The notes under the pieces were generated by a model. It did not search any database, was not told the DNA's origin, and saw nothing but the letters and a program-made list of their open reading frames with translations. Below, piece after piece: positions 9,436 to 20,900 of a DNA stretch of 64,000 bases. This DNA comes from a virus (Duplodnaviria > Heunggongvirae > Uroviricota > Caudoviricetes): positions 169,756 through 233,755 of IMG/VR virus record IMGVR_UViG_3300028888_000043, one strand, 5' to 3'. Positions within the stretch are counted from its first letter, which is position 1. Every line of letters begins with the position of its first letter. A program made the position numbers and the translations under genes.

Positions 9436-10065
9436 ATGAAAAGGGTAAATCCAAATCATGATCCAAAACACAGAAGTAGAAGATGGGATTACAAGAGTAT
9501 CAAGAAACAACCCCAGAAGGACAATGATGTCAGGAAATATGACACTGAAGTAAAGTGGATGCGCAGGAATGAATCTCTTGAAGATGTCATCCGTAAGGCA
9601 ATCCGTAAGGCCAGGGATAGTTGGAGGACCCCATATTGGATTGTTGAGGCGGAGGATTATTCATATGATGTTCCTGATGACCAGAAGAAATATAAGAAGG
9701 AACACTTCACTCCTGATGACAGTCTGACCATAAGACAACTCCTTGAACAGGATGATGCCAAATTCAGAAGTACTTCTCTTGCAAAAAGGTGTAGATATGT
9801 GAGAGTTCCCTCATTGAAAAGAATAGACAGGGAATGGGTCAACTTCTACAGGACTTGGCCAGGTATTGCGGAGGATGTCGCCATTGGAGAGGAAAGGTTT
9901 GCTGACGGGGCAAAACTCAAATACATTCCGTTATTCAAGAAGATACTTGATGAAGAGTGGCCTGAAGACCTGAAGATGTGGACTGACGAGCAATATGAAG
10001 AACTGATGAGGAAAGGTGTCATAAAACCGTATGACCAAGTGATGATAAAGAATCTGATTGATTAA
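9436..10065 (+). CDS. hypothetical protein
   Basis: 209-aa ORF in operon with the sigma factor. Confidence 0.75.
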   Translation: MKRVNPNHDPKHRSRRWDYKSIKKQPQKDNDVRKYDTEVKWMRRNESLEDVIRKAIRKARDSWRTPYWIVEAEDYSYDVPDDQKKYKKEHFTPDDSLTIRQLLEQDDAKFRSTSLAKRCRYVRVPSLKRIDREWVNFYRTWPGIAEDVAIGEERFADGAKLKYIPLFKKILDEEWPEDLKMWTDEQYEELMRKGVIKPYDQVMIKNLID

Positions 10066-10068
10066 TTT

Positions 10069-10080
10069 TTGTTATATTTA
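10069..10080 (+). promoter_or_regulatory. TTGTTATATTTA promoter (middle-type)
   Basis: Exact motif, followed by a non-coding two-hairpin stretch. Confidence 0.65.
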
Positions 10081-10084
10081 ATAT

Positions 10085-10165
10085 GGAGTGCAAACTCCAA
10101 AGAATTTAACATAAATCTATCATGATTTTTTTCCGGGGTTTGCTGTGAAGTACACCCCGGTTTTT
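10085..10165 (+). ncRNA. candidate small RNA (~80 nt) with two GNRA-capped hairpins
   Basis: Promoter, then GGAGT-GCAA-ACTCC, A/U linker, CCGGGGT..CT-GTGA-AG..ACCCCGG plus T5; no ORF after the predicted start site. Confidence 0.5.
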
Positions 10166-10177
10166 ATATTATTGAAC

Positions 10178-10185
10178 CATAAATA
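10178..10185 (+). promoter_or_regulatory. late promoter CATAAATA
   Basis: Recurrent motif, 5 nt before ATG 10191. Confidence 0.65.
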
Positions 10186-10190
10186 CATAT

Positions 10191-10367
10191 ATGAGGTTTA
10201 ATTTTTTTAAACATAAGGATAAAGAAGAACCAAAGACTTTTGATGGTAGGTTCATCACTGATGAAGAGATAGAGGAGATGGCCAAACCAAAGACAGGTAC
10301 ATTCATTGGCAAGGAACTCAAGGAGATCCAGGATATGATGGATGAATTGAAGAAACAAGTCAATTAA
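10191..10367 (+). CDS. small hypothetical protein (58 aa; MRFNFFKHKDKEEP...DELKKQVN), absent from the ORF track
   Basis: Read directly from sequence; fills the gap between the late promoter and ORF 10379. Confidence 0.65.
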   Translation: MRFNFFKHKDKEEPKTFDGRFITDEEIEEMAKPKTGTFIGKELKEIQDMMDELKKQVN

Positions 10368-10378
10368 ACTATATACAG

Positions 10379-10972
10379 ATGGCAGAGAAAGAGAATAAAG
10401 AAATATTAAGGGACAGTATCGCTGACCTATTGATGGACAATGACATCAATCTCAATGATGACATAAATGAGAACACATTGACTTTCAGAAAGACTCCTTC
10501 CACAGTATCTCAATATGATATGATGACATTGGAACAGTCCCGGTCAAAGGCAAAGAAAGTGATGGAGTCTCTTCTTAAAGTTTACCTTTCTGAAAACTTC
10601 ATTTCAAAGAGTGAGTATGTCCAGGCAAAGGTGAACCTGGATGCTATGACTCTCGGTAACATCATCAACCAGATGGAAATCAGTCAGAGGGCAATCCAGA
10701 TTCTGATGGACAATATTGAGATTGGTGATGTCAATCCCAAACTATTTGAAGTACTCGGTAAACTCCAGGGTACATTCATTGACTTGGTGAGAGCACAGAC
10801 CAATTACATTGTAAATGTGAGTGATGAGTATGAGAAACTGGCACTGGATAAGGATACTGCAATAGATGCCAGTCCATCCACAGCAAAGGAAATTTCATCC
10901 GGATTCAAGTCCAACAGTCAGAAGGATTTGATGAGACTCATCAGGAAGGTTTCTGAAAAAGACGAAAAATAA
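10379..10972 (+). CDS. possible terminase small subunit (T4 gp16-like)
   Basis: Helical; NPKLFEVLGKL resembles the gp16 PRxxEV motif; C-terminal SQKDLMRLI; late operon. Confidence 0.45.
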   Translation: MAEKENKEILRDSIADLLMDNDINLNDDINENTLTFRKTPSTVSQYDMMTLEQSRSKAKKVMESLLKVYLSENFISKSEYVQAKVNLDAMTLGNIINQMEISQRAIQILMDNIEIGDVNPKLFEVLGKLQGTFIDLVRAQTNYIVNVSDEYEKLALDKDTAIDASPSTAKEISSGFKSNSQKDLMRLIRKVSEKDEK

Positions 10973-11514
10973 TGGTAAGGACATATAACATAGGTACGGA
11001 ATGTTATGCTATCATAACATCTCCAAATGAACCTGAATTCCTTCTTCCTGTAAAGATTGTCCTTCTGGAAAAATACACACAGGCAGAGAGGACTACATAT
11101 AAGGTGAAGATAAGGGAGATATTCGAGACTGACATCAACTATCTGAAAGAACATTTTAGTAATGTGAAGGTTTCAACCAATCTGAAAACTTTCAATCTCA
11201 CCACACTGTTGAGAAAAGGTGAGTTGGATTCCATCAAGACTATGAGTGAACTCATCCAGAAATTGAATGACAAACCATTCTATCTTGAAGACAACTATAT
11301 TGTTCCTGACAAGATTGGACTTGTTGATATGTATAATAAATTTGTGAAATACATCATCAATTATCATTTCAGGAAACTGTTCCAACTCACCAGTAGGAGT
11401 TTCCTTGCCAACCAACCTGTGTTCAACAACCAGAAGGATTTGTTTTTGAGAAGAGTTGAAAACCTTGGGTTTGGTGATGTACTGAAAAAATATGATTTGA
11501 AATTAGACATTTAG
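10972..11514 (+). CDS. hypothetical protein
   Basis: 180-aa ORF translationally coupled to 10379. Confidence 0.75.
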   Translation: MVRTYNIGTECYAIITSPNEPEFLLPVKIVLLEKYTQAERTTYKVKIREIFETDINYLKEHFSNVKVSTNLKTFNLTTLLRKGELDSIKTMSELIQKLNDKPFYLEDNYIVPDKIGLVDMYNKFVKYIINYHFRKLFQLTSRSFLANQPVFNNQKDLFLRRVENLGFGDVLKKYDLKLDI

Positions 11515-11537
11515 GAGGCTTGGACGCCTCCTTTTTT
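11513..11537 (+). terminator. intrinsic terminator
   Basis: AGGAGGC/GCCTCCT stem plus T-run. Confidence 0.7.
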
Positions 11538-11545
11538 CATAAATA
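11538..11545 (+). promoter_or_regulatory. late promoter CATAAATA
   Basis: Recurrent motif before the neck gene. Confidence 0.7.
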
Positions 11546-11568
11546 ACTATATAAGTTGAATTGTATCA

Positions 11569-13443
11569 ATGGCAAAGGGAGTTATTGAATCCAACATAAT
11601 GGAATACACTGGAATAAAGTCCTTGACAGGTTTCACAGCGGTTGTAATTGGTGAGACCAAGGATACTTATTATGACAAGCAATTCAGGTATTCACCAGAC
11701 AAGATTCTTTGGAGTGATTATAAGGATTTGACAAACAAGAATCTGTCTGCTGTCAAGATTTATGATGACACTGTTTACATCCAGTACAAGTTCACACAGG
11801 TGGGTGATGGAAACTTGTCAGTAGAAAGTATCTCATTGGATGTGGATTATGTGAAGGATGAGACAGTCATCCCAGAATGTTTCTGGACAAAGGGTGCATC
11901 AACCCCGCAGATTGTCTATAATCAGGGTTCAGGAAGTAATCTCTTCAACCCTTATGCTGTCGGACAGTCTCTTGACATTTATAACCAGATGTCAACTGTC
12001 ATCTCCAATATGTTCGGTTTCTGTGTACTTTATTTCAAGACTGAACCTAATGCAAGAAGTAGGGATGTGGTGTTGAAGGAATACTCCATTGAACATGTCA
12101 TTGATAAACAGAACATCAAAATACTTATTCCTGACAACCAGCTTCCTACAAGGGAGTTGCAGTTCAATTCAATGATGATAGACTATCCTGTACAATTTGA
12201 AATCAACATAGTGAAGTCTGAATTCTGGAAGGTGTTTGGTGCTGGTTCTCATCCTGATCCACATGATTATCTTTATTTCAGTACTTATATGAACAAGATG
12301 TATATGGTGGATTCCGTATCTGATCCTGATGACTTCGGTTATGTTGCCTCTTATTGGAGAGTGAGTCTGGTACCTTACCAGGAGGTGTCTTCCGTACAGT
12401 TCGGTAATGACAACCTTATGGAAGATACTGAAAGTCTCATCTTCTCTGCTGAAGGTAAGTTCAAGGAGGAAGTTCAGGAAGAGTTTGAAGACACAAGGAA
12501 AGACAATCAGCTCAATAATATCGGTGACCTTTATGAAGGTCAGGATATGGTCAGGAGAATCCTCCATGAGAATGTCAGGATTGTTGAGGAGAACATCTAC
12601 AATAACTGGACAGTAGTTGCCAAGCAATACTACAATCTCTCCACCATTGATAAAGGTGCTATTGCTGCTGAATACAAATACAAAGGTCTTTCATCAGATG
12701 ATGAAAGGATGATAACCTTTGCTTTCAGACCTACCAATATGAAGAATGTGTCTGACAACATTATGATAGATTCCGTATCCAATAATAATGGAAAGGTCAG
12801 ACTTAAATTGAAAGGTTGGGATAACAAACTCCTGGACACTGGAAATATGATCAAAATTTCAAGGGTGTCAGGTCTCAATGGATGGCATAGGATTACAGCG
12901 GTTGACAGAGGTAAGTTGACCATTGATATTGATGCTGATTACAGTGATGTGATGAAAGTTCTCTCCTGTGGTAAACTTGTCAGTTATGAGGCCAACACAG
13001 GTGTCTATTTCGGTGATGGATTTGAGATTATACAGATGCCTGACAAGATGGTTGTCAGACTCAATGGAAAGAATTATGATTATACATTTGAAGGATTCTC
13101 TTCATTTGAATCCAAGTGGTACTTCTGTGTACTTGGTATGAAGAGAGGAATGTCCAATATGTGGTTATATGAAGTCAAGGGTAGTGAAACTATCAACAAC
13201 ACACACAGTGAAATCCAGAAGATAGGTTGTGCATCTGTTGACCTGGGTAAGTTCAATATTGACGGTTACTGTGGTCTTCGTGGTGGCGGACTTCATCTCA
13301 CCAATTTCAGACTATGGAGTAAACTCTGTGAGGAAGATTTACACAACCTCATTTTGAGTCAGTATGTGGTTGATGACACACATAATACTCTTGTTGTCGA
13401 TAATGCACAGAATGAGTTGCTGGTGAACTATAAATGGAGTTAA
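11569..13443 (+). CDS. gp14: neck protein (T4 gp14-like core) with extra beta-sandwich/LamG-like domains
   Basis: FGFCVLYFK...DVVLKEY...FEINIVKSEF...PDPHDYLYF...NKMYMVDSV pattern of gp14-like head-closure proteins. Confidence 0.6.
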   Translation: MAKGVIESNIMEYTGIKSLTGFTAVVIGETKDTYYDKQFRYSPDKILWSDYKDLTNKNLSAVKIYDDTVYIQYKFTQVGDGNLSVESISLDVDYVKDETVIPECFWTKGASTPQIVYNQGSGSNLFNPYAVGQSLDIYNQMSTVISNMFGFCVLYFKTEPNARSRDVVLKEYSIEHVIDKQNIKILIPDNQLPTRELQFNSMMIDYPVQFEINIVKSEFWKVFGAGSHPDPHDYLYFSTYMNKMYMVDSVSDPDDFGYVASYWRVSLVPYQEVSSVQFGNDNLMEDTESLIFSAEGKFKEEVQEEFEDTRKDNQLNNIGDLYEGQDMVRRILHENVRIVEENIYNNWTVVAKQYYNLSTIDKGAIAAEYKYKGLSSDDERMITFAFRPTNMKNVSDNIMIDSVSNNNGKVRLKLKGWDNKLLDTGNMIKISRVSGLNGWHRITAVDRGKLTIDIDADYSDVMKVLSCGKLVSYEANTGVYFGDGFEIIQMPDKMVVRLNGKNYDYTFEGFSSFESKWYFCVLGMKRGMSNMWLYEVKGSETINNTHSEIQKIGCASVDLGKFNIDGYCGLRGGGLHLTNFRLWSKLCEEDLHNLILSQYVVDDTHNTLVVDNAQNELLVNYKWS

Positions 13444-13446
13444 TGT

Positions 13447-16110
13447 ATGGGAATTATTAATGCTGGAATGAGAAAAGGTATCAAGATGATGGCTGTGGTG
13501 GCTCAAACTGCACAGTTTGTTTCATTGATGCCAAAACCAAAAGATTTTGTCACGAGAATCGTAGGTGATGTGGTTTATTTGTCATCAAGGGTTATCAAAC
13601 TTTCTGATGATATGAATAGACTTCTGGACAGTTATGCAGACATCCCTACCAATTACTTGATGACACAGATGAACAGTATAACAGGTTCTTTGTCAAGGAT
13701 TACTGACAGGGTTAGTATATATGGTCAGAATGCAGTCAACCAAGTAGTGGGACTTGGAGAGAATGGTGTCAATATGGTTACTGAACTTACAGGTTCAGCA
13801 ATAGATACCGCCGGAGCATTGTCCGGGGCCATTGTGAGTCTTGGTGGTGCTGTTGCAGAATCATCTGCAAACATCCTTGGACAGACAGATATTGGTGAAG
13901 ACATACATGATTCCGTAGAGGTTGTGATGGAATGGACTGATGAAGGATTCAAGAATGTCAATACCAGGGCAACAGACCCTCTCAGGAAGGTGTCACAGAA
14001 ACTTACTGATTACAGGACAGGTGTTACCAATGCCATTGATGACAAGGCAAATGCAGTGACAGACAAGATTGAAGAATCAAGACTGTGGGTAGAAAGACTC
14101 ATTACCGAACTCCGTGAGAAGGTTGAGAAACTTTGTAATGTGGTTGATACCGGATTCAAGGATGTGACTGGATTGAGTTCCGTTGCGAGTGGTGCTACCA
14201 AGATTTCACAGGAACTAAAAGATTATGATGATGGTCTTGCCGCCCAGGCAACCACTGCGGTTGCGGGTGCAGTCGCAGCAGTCATAAAGAATTTCAGTAT
14301 AGGAAAGATGGCGAAAGCATTCGCCGGATTACTTACACAGTCGGGTATTGTGAGTCTTGGTCTTGACAAACTTCCTCCCATTGATTTTGAATCAATGATG
14401 TGTAAGATACGAAATGATCTTACTGTATCTTCAAAGGAATTATATCAGAGGTATAATGACTTGACAGAAAGTACATATAACAATCTCATTGAGTTTGGTG
14501 AGGAAGCTGCCAAGATTCCTACGGAGGACAGACATTACAGTTCAAAGAACTATGATGCCTTTGTACAGGAGTTTGAAGAACAGTTGAAAGCAAAGAGGGA
14601 TGAGATTAGATTAATGATGAAGAATACTTCTGATGTGGTTGACAGGACAGATGTGAATAGTGTCGCCTTGGAAACACAGAAGAAAACGGAGTTGAGGTCT
14701 GCCATAAAGGAGATTGAAAAATACAGAAAGAAAATCAACAATGCCAGATGGGCAAATAATATGAAGTCCATCCTTGGAGAGGAATTGATGAACTTCAAGA
14801 AAGAAGCGGAATACAGATGTAATTCCTTGAAGGCAGACTGGAAGTCTATGATGGACCAGTATAAGAAGTGTATTACTGAAATCAAGGAGTTCTTCTCCAA
14901 TGGAGGTGCATGTGATATGTTCATCAATGATTGCTGTGAGGCGATCAACCATGACTTTGATGAGATAAAGTCTCTTTGTAAAAATTTGATTTCACAGTTG
15001 GTCGGTACATCCATCAAGGTTGTAATGCCGGCGGACATCGGTACAGTTGTTCCAAACCCAGTTTATAAGATTGCTGATTTCATTATGGACATCAAGACCA
15101 TATTGAAGTTCATCAAAGACCTTATCACACTGATAATAGACATTATCAACCATATCAACAAACTGGCAAGAATCATTCTCAATGGTATCAATGACCTGGC
15201 TGAAATCATCAAGCAACTTATGGAGATTGTTGGTCTCAGATGGTTGATGAACCTTGTACAGAGTATCATTGATTTGTTCGGTGACAATATTATGAATGCC
15301 AGGGAAAGACTGGAGAACACATTGTCACCTGTTCATTTCAGTGACACTGAAGAATACAACAATGCCCTGGAAGCATTGGATGAACTGATGGAAGGTGACG
15401 GAACCAAGATGACTGAAGAAGGAAAGGCATATCTCTCTGATGTTGCAAACTTACTAAATTCCCTTGGTGATGACAAGGACATCAAGAGTCTCATCAAGGA
15501 CATCAATTCAGTGAAGAACAAGAAATCTTTCAATGAGAATGATGCAGAGAAGATTGATGAACTCATTGAGGATATGGAAAAACAGGGTGAAATGGTCATT
15601 GCCTACAAGTCTCCTATCATCAAACAACTTGGTCCGGAAGACAGTACACCTGTATCATCTATGGTTAATGGTGTAGATTTGGAGAATGACATCAAGTTTA
15701 TAGGTTGGCATTTCTTCCATCCAAACCTCAATCATACCAAAAATACTTACTATTCTTCAAAGTTCATGAAGAAAATCAAGAGTAAGATTATCAAGAAAGC
15801 ATCCAAGACAGGACATAAGAGAAGTGGTGGTGTCAACAGGTTGAAAAAGAAGAATGTAGGAAACATCTTCAAGAAGAGGGATAAGGCATATGTAGCATTC
15901 TACTGGTACACATATTATACAGAAGACCTGGAGAAGGATTGCTTCGAGATGTCAACTGTTGACAATTCCATCATCATTGACAATGTAGTGCATACTGAAA
16001 ATGGTTCAGTTGTTGAACTCAATGATGGAAGGAAGGTGTTTGTTGCTAACAATATGGTCAGAAGCGGTGACTATGTGAATGTAGATGGTGTTAAATATAG
16101 AGTGAAGTAA
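13447..16110 (+). CDS. large helical putative virion protein
   Basis: 887 aa, long amphipathic helical runs, in a late structural operon. Confidence 0.6.
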   Translation: MGIINAGMRKGIKMMAVVAQTAQFVSLMPKPKDFVTRIVGDVVYLSSRVIKLSDDMNRLLDSYADIPTNYLMTQMNSITGSLSRITDRVSIYGQNAVNQVVGLGENGVNMVTELTGSAIDTAGALSGAIVSLGGAVAESSANILGQTDIGEDIHDSVEVVMEWTDEGFKNVNTRATDPLRKVSQKLTDYRTGVTNAIDDKANAVTDKIEESRLWVERLITELREKVEKLCNVVDTGFKDVTGLSSVASGATKISQELKDYDDGLAAQATTAVAGAVAAVIKNFSIGKMAKAFAGLLTQSGIVSLGLDKLPPIDFESMMCKIRNDLTVSSKELYQRYNDLTESTYNNLIEFGEEAAKIPTEDRHYSSKNYDAFVQEFEEQLKAKRDEIRLMMKNTSDVVDRTDVNSVALETQKKTELRSAIKEIEKYRKKINNARWANNMKSILGEELMNFKKEAEYRCNSLKADWKSMMDQYKKCITEIKEFFSNGGACDMFINDCCEAINHDFDEIKSLCKNLISQLVGTSIKVVMPADIGTVVPNPVYKIADFIMDIKTILKFIKDLITLIIDIINHINKLARIILNGINDLAEIIKQLMEIVGLRWLMNLVQSIIDLFGDNIMNARERLENTLSPVHFSDTEEYNNALEALDELMEGDGTKMTEEGKAYLSDVANLLNSLGDDKDIKSLIKDINSVKNKKSFNENDAEKIDELIEDMEKQGEMVIAYKSPIIKQLGPEDSTPVSSMVNGVDLENDIKFIGWHFFHPNLNHTKNTYYSSKFMKKIKSKIIKKASKTGHKRSGGVNRLKKKNVGNIFKKRDKAYVAFYWYTYYTEDLEKDCFEMSTVDNSIIIDNVVHTENGSVVELNDGRKVFVANNMVRSGDYVNVDGVKYRVK

Positions 16111-16111
16111 T

Positions 16112-17953
16112 ATGGATTTACAGACAATTTATAATAAGATATTCCCCATTGGAGGAGTTGATGACAATAACAGGTATACTGAACTGACAGGAGATAAAAT
16201 CAGTTCAGTACAACTTGTTGAACCCACATTGGGTGTAAGTGAGTTCATATTGACAAAGAAGGATACTTATGATAAGAATAACATTCCCTATAAGTATGCT
16301 TACAGGATTCCTATGGTGTCCATTGAGGATAACATCATCAATCCTGTTGACCTGACAGCATTCAAACTTGATTACACAGGATTCCTTCCAACATTGATGT
16401 TTGAATTTATGGATCCTTCCAACAGTGTCCTTTCAACAGAAGTTCCAAAGGATGGTACACTTATAAAGGTATATATCGGCGGTCAGGGTGATGAACTCTA
16501 TTATAAACCAATCAGACAGGACTTTGTACTGACCAATATCAGGAAAATCAGTTCCAGTGGTATGAAGTACAGGGTATATGGTAAACTCAATGTACCTTAT
16601 GGATACAGGAAAGAATCCTGGTGTAGTGGAAAAAGTACAGCGATGCAGGCATTGTTCAACATAGCAGTGTGGACAGGTCTTGGTTTTGCTACCAATTTCC
16701 CAAATAAAAACACCCTTGACATAATGAACTGGAGGAACAATGAGACAGGTACATATTTCGATTTTATGGAGGATATAACAGCACACGCCTGTTATTCCCC
16801 GAACACCTTCTTCACGTCCTTTATAGACCAGTATAATGTCCTTAATTTTGTGGAATGTCACTCACTTCTGTCACATGGTGGTAAGAAGGATGATGTTCCT
16901 GCTATGATATACAAATGCTATCCTCCACAGGAACTTCCTCCATATGAACCAGGAACAGAGAAGACCCCGCAGAACCAGTTACCATTGAAGGATGGTGAGG
17001 ATGAAAATAACAATGCATACCAGAGATTGAGTTATTATTTCATCTCCAATCATTTCTTCTTTGATGGATGGTCAAACTATATAGAGTCATTCCAGGAGAT
17101 TTCAAATGGTAGCTCGGCATTGTCTGATGGATTCAGGACACATGTAACTTATTCTGATTCAAATGTTGACAACAATTTTGATGGTCATGTGTTTGATTTC
17201 CTTATCAGACCAATAGACAATTTGAAGAGGGATGGTTCAACACAGAAGATTCAGTCTCTCCCGGAAAATGTTGCACAGGAATCCTATATTCCTTTGAACC
17301 TGATGCAGATGACAAAGAAGGAGTTCCTTGAAGAATTGTCCAGTGTTGACAATATGACCAATGTGGAATCATTCAACAACTTTGGTGAGATTGATTCATC
17401 CAACACATTCCCTCAATATTTCTTTGCGGAGATACAGAATAAATACCAGATGAAGTGTCTGAAGAAATGTGGTCTGAAGGTGAAGATGCAAAACTATGAC
17501 CCAGCAATCACAAAGTTCAGTAGGATATGGGTTGACATTTATGATGAACATCCTATTTCAAGTTATCAGGTATCAAAGGATGAAAGGGCAGAAGAATTTA
17601 TAAAGAAGAATTCACAAAGTGATTATGCAACAGAGTACAGGGAGTATATAGACCGGAAGAATGACAATATCATTAATTTTGAAGGTGAAGGTGTATTGGA
17701 TATCATAAATGATGGTATAGGTCCATCAAATTACTGGCCAAAGGAGAAATACAACAGGTCATTGTCTGGATGGTATGTGGTTACTGAAATAGAATTGGAG
17801 TATGATCACAATGACAATAATATTAGAATGAACCTTACCCTTAACAGGATTGAATACCAACCTATTTTTAAGAGTGATTATGAACTTGCCAAAAAGGCAG
17901 TTGAGATATATAAGGAACACAACCTTGTCGAGGATATATTTAAAACAATGTAA
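16112..17953 (+). CDS. baseplate hub protein (gp27/late-control-D-like)
   Basis: C-terminal LSGWYVVTEIELEY motif typical of hub proteins; structural operon. Confidence 0.6.
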   Translation: MDLQTIYNKIFPIGGVDDNNRYTELTGDKISSVQLVEPTLGVSEFILTKKDTYDKNNIPYKYAYRIPMVSIEDNIINPVDLTAFKLDYTGFLPTLMFEFMDPSNSVLSTEVPKDGTLIKVYIGGQGDELYYKPIRQDFVLTNIRKISSSGMKYRVYGKLNVPYGYRKESWCSGKSTAMQALFNIAVWTGLGFATNFPNKNTLDIMNWRNNETGTYFDFMEDITAHACYSPNTFFTSFIDQYNVLNFVECHSLLSHGGKKDDVPAMIYKCYPPQELPPYEPGTEKTPQNQLPLKDGEDENNNAYQRLSYYFISNHFFFDGWSNYIESFQEISNGSSALSDGFRTHVTYSDSNVDNNFDGHVFDFLIRPIDNLKRDGSTQKIQSLPENVAQESYIPLNLMQMTKKEFLEELSSVDNMTNVESFNNFGEIDSSNTFPQYFFAEIQNKYQMKCLKKCGLKVKMQNYDPAITKFSRIWVDIYDEHPISSYQVSKDERAEEFIKKNSQSDYATEYREYIDRKNDNIINFEGEGVLDIINDGIGPSNYWPKEKYNRSLSGWYVVTEIELEYDHNDNNIRMNLTLNRIEYQPIFKSDYELAKKAVEIYKEHNLVEDIFKTM

Positions 17954-17958
17954 GAAGT

Positions 17959-20900
17959 ATGAGTACAGAGGTAAATGACATAAGATTCTTGAACAGGACC
18001 TCATTGAGACAATTCTATGAGAATTCAAGAAACAACATTGAGGATCCGATCTTCACAGGTTTTACTATGGAGATTGATAAACTGCATTCCCCTTTGTTCT
18101 TCGCCCTGGCAGGTGATGAGTATATTGCTTCTGAAACATTGAGGTCTGCCGATGGTACTGATACCACTTTGGCAGGAAAGATTGAAGAGAAACTGGCTGA
18201 TGTAAACAGATTGGCAATAACAGGTAATCCTGACAGTTATGAGATAAACACAATACAGGCAAAGGATAAATTCGGTTCTACCAATGACAGGAGACCTGGA
18301 TATGGACTCTGGGATAAGTATCCTATTGACAATGTACTCTATGGTGCAGCAGATTATATCTATATGGTTGACAAGGTATCTGATGGTGCATATACTGATG
18401 ACTATGGTGTGGTTGATTTGGGTAATGGTACACCTACATCTGGTATATATAACCAGTACAACCAGATACTGGCATCTGACCCTGAACTGAATGTACATGC
18501 AGATACTGTGGAAGGAAAAATCAATGACCTGGCATCCAATCAGGATACTGAGGTTTTCTTTGCAAATGATGAATGGGAGATTCTTCCTGATCAAAAAGTA
18601 AAGTTGGATAATTTCATAAAGTTCCTGAAAGAAAATCCAAATTGTAAAATCCAGGTTGACGGTTATGCCAGTAAAGATAATGCAACAGCAGCACACAATA
18701 TGGATTTGTCTGTTCACCGTGCTGATGAAGTTAAAAATTATTTGATTCAGAATGGTATTGATCCTTCACAGATATTGACAGCATCCTATGGAGATACTGT
18801 ACAACCATTCACCGGTGTACAGAACAGGGCTGCAACCTGCAAGGTGATTGGTGAGTATTCACAGGAATCTGCTCTTCAAAGAAAGATAGATGACACAAGT
18901 AATTTTTCAGAAGAGGATACCAATCAACATAATGAAAATGTTAATGCCCTTGAAAGTGCAAAGGCATTGTATGAATCTTTGATTAATAAGGATTCTGAAT
19001 ATCAGAAGGTTCAAAATGAACTAAATGATTTGAAAGAAAGAATAGATTCAGAAAAAAACAATGTCAACTTTGAATTGAGATATTATCAGAATGAGATGAG
19101 TAATCTGGAAGGATTATTGAAAGGTAGTTTTGATGAGGACAGAAAACAAGAATACAGGGTTAAAATAGATAATCTCTATAAAAAGTTTGAAAAGCTGATT
19201 CAGTATTTTGGAACACCAAGTATAGATTCTACCAATATAGATTCAAAAGGTATAGAGTTCACATATTCTGATACTTATAAACATATAAAAGCAGACATAA
19301 TTACAGTAACTGAAAATAGTGAATCTGTATTTGAAAGAGAATTGAGGGGGTTAAGTGATACAGAAATACTTGATGTTGATTTTTATAAAAAAATCTGGGC
19401 TGTCACCAAAACAAAGTTGAACAGTACTGTAACAGCCAATGATGTTTCAGATAAAATAAAATCTGCACAAAATAAGATAGAAGAAGAGACAAAGAAGATA
19501 TTTGGCGTCCATCCTGATGGAAGACTTGGTTCAGAGAATGACCCAGCACCAGGAAGTAAATGTTTTGAATACTTACAGGCAAAAAGTAAAGTGGATAATG
19601 ATCCATTCACACAGCAAATGAACAAGCTCAATGAGTTACAGGACATTCAGGCAAACTATAATGACCTTCAGGATTATAATGCTTATCAGGCAAACAAGAC
19701 AACCATTGAGAAGACAATGCCTTCCATTGATTACACTATGAGTCCACAGGAAGAGAAAAACCCTACCTTATACAGTGAGAGAATCAATCGGGCAAAGAAT
19801 ACCAGGGCCACATATGAAGTACCACAGACTGTCTATGATATGATGGGATTCATCAGAGGTATGGATGACCTTATTCATAAGTATCCATATGCCTTACAAT
19901 CTATCACTGGTCTTGATGAGGCATACAAGAAATACTTTGACTTGAAGGATCCTTATATGGGTTCAGGTGATGGTAAGATTACTATCAATTGTCTTGACTA
20001 TCTTGATATGAGGGTGTCTTCAATGTTCAACAAGTATTTCAATGCTGTGTATGACCGTCAGTATAGAAGGGAGAGAGTTCCTATCAATTTGAGGAGATTC
20101 CAGTGTTCAATATTTGTACATGACATCAGGAACTTCAAGGACACCATATATAATGCTTATGTCAAGAATAGTGGAGACCTTTCACTCATAACCGAGATTG
20201 CTCTCAATTATCTGTCAGCAGTTGAATTCAAGTTCTATGACTGTGAGATTGTTCCAGAAGAAACCGGAAGTATCTTTGACAATGTGACCAATATCACTGG
20301 TGGAGAAATGAGGGGAACAAATTTTACATTCACTTATGGTAACTGTGTCATCAACTTCCTGCCATTCGAGGATTTGAGGAGATATGTACTTGGTAAAAAA
20401 GAGAATAGAGAAATCAAACCTCCTGTTAATTCCAGTGAATATCTATCAGACAACTTCACAGAGGATTATATCAAACTCAATGAGACTTCTATCATCAATA
20501 ACAGGTTGGCGCTCAACAACACAAAGAATGATTATGATGGTAGATACTCTGCCGAGAATCCATCTGGTGCAGACCTGGCCGGTAATTTCAGGAGATGGTT
20601 TGACAAGAGTGAACTTGGTAATGTGAACAACAATGATTACAGGGAATATATCAGACATGATTCCGCAGTTGCAGTTGATGATTATTACAAGACCACAATA
20701 GTGAATGACTTTGCTCTTGGTTCAGTCGGTCAGAAGAACAAACAACTGACAGCAATGGATGATGCATTGAGAAGGATAGTGGTAGGTATATCTGCATCGA
20801 CAGGTATCCCTGTCAAGGGAGTCACAGATGCATTGAACATCCAGTTCATTGATCCTATCCTTAATGAGAAAGACCTGGCAACACCGATTGTAAAGAATCT

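Noticed and set aside
10083-10109. 8-codon ORF MECKLQRI
   Set aside because: Its ATG lies 2 nt upstream of the predicted transcription start and overlaps a hairpin; an RNA interpretation fits better.
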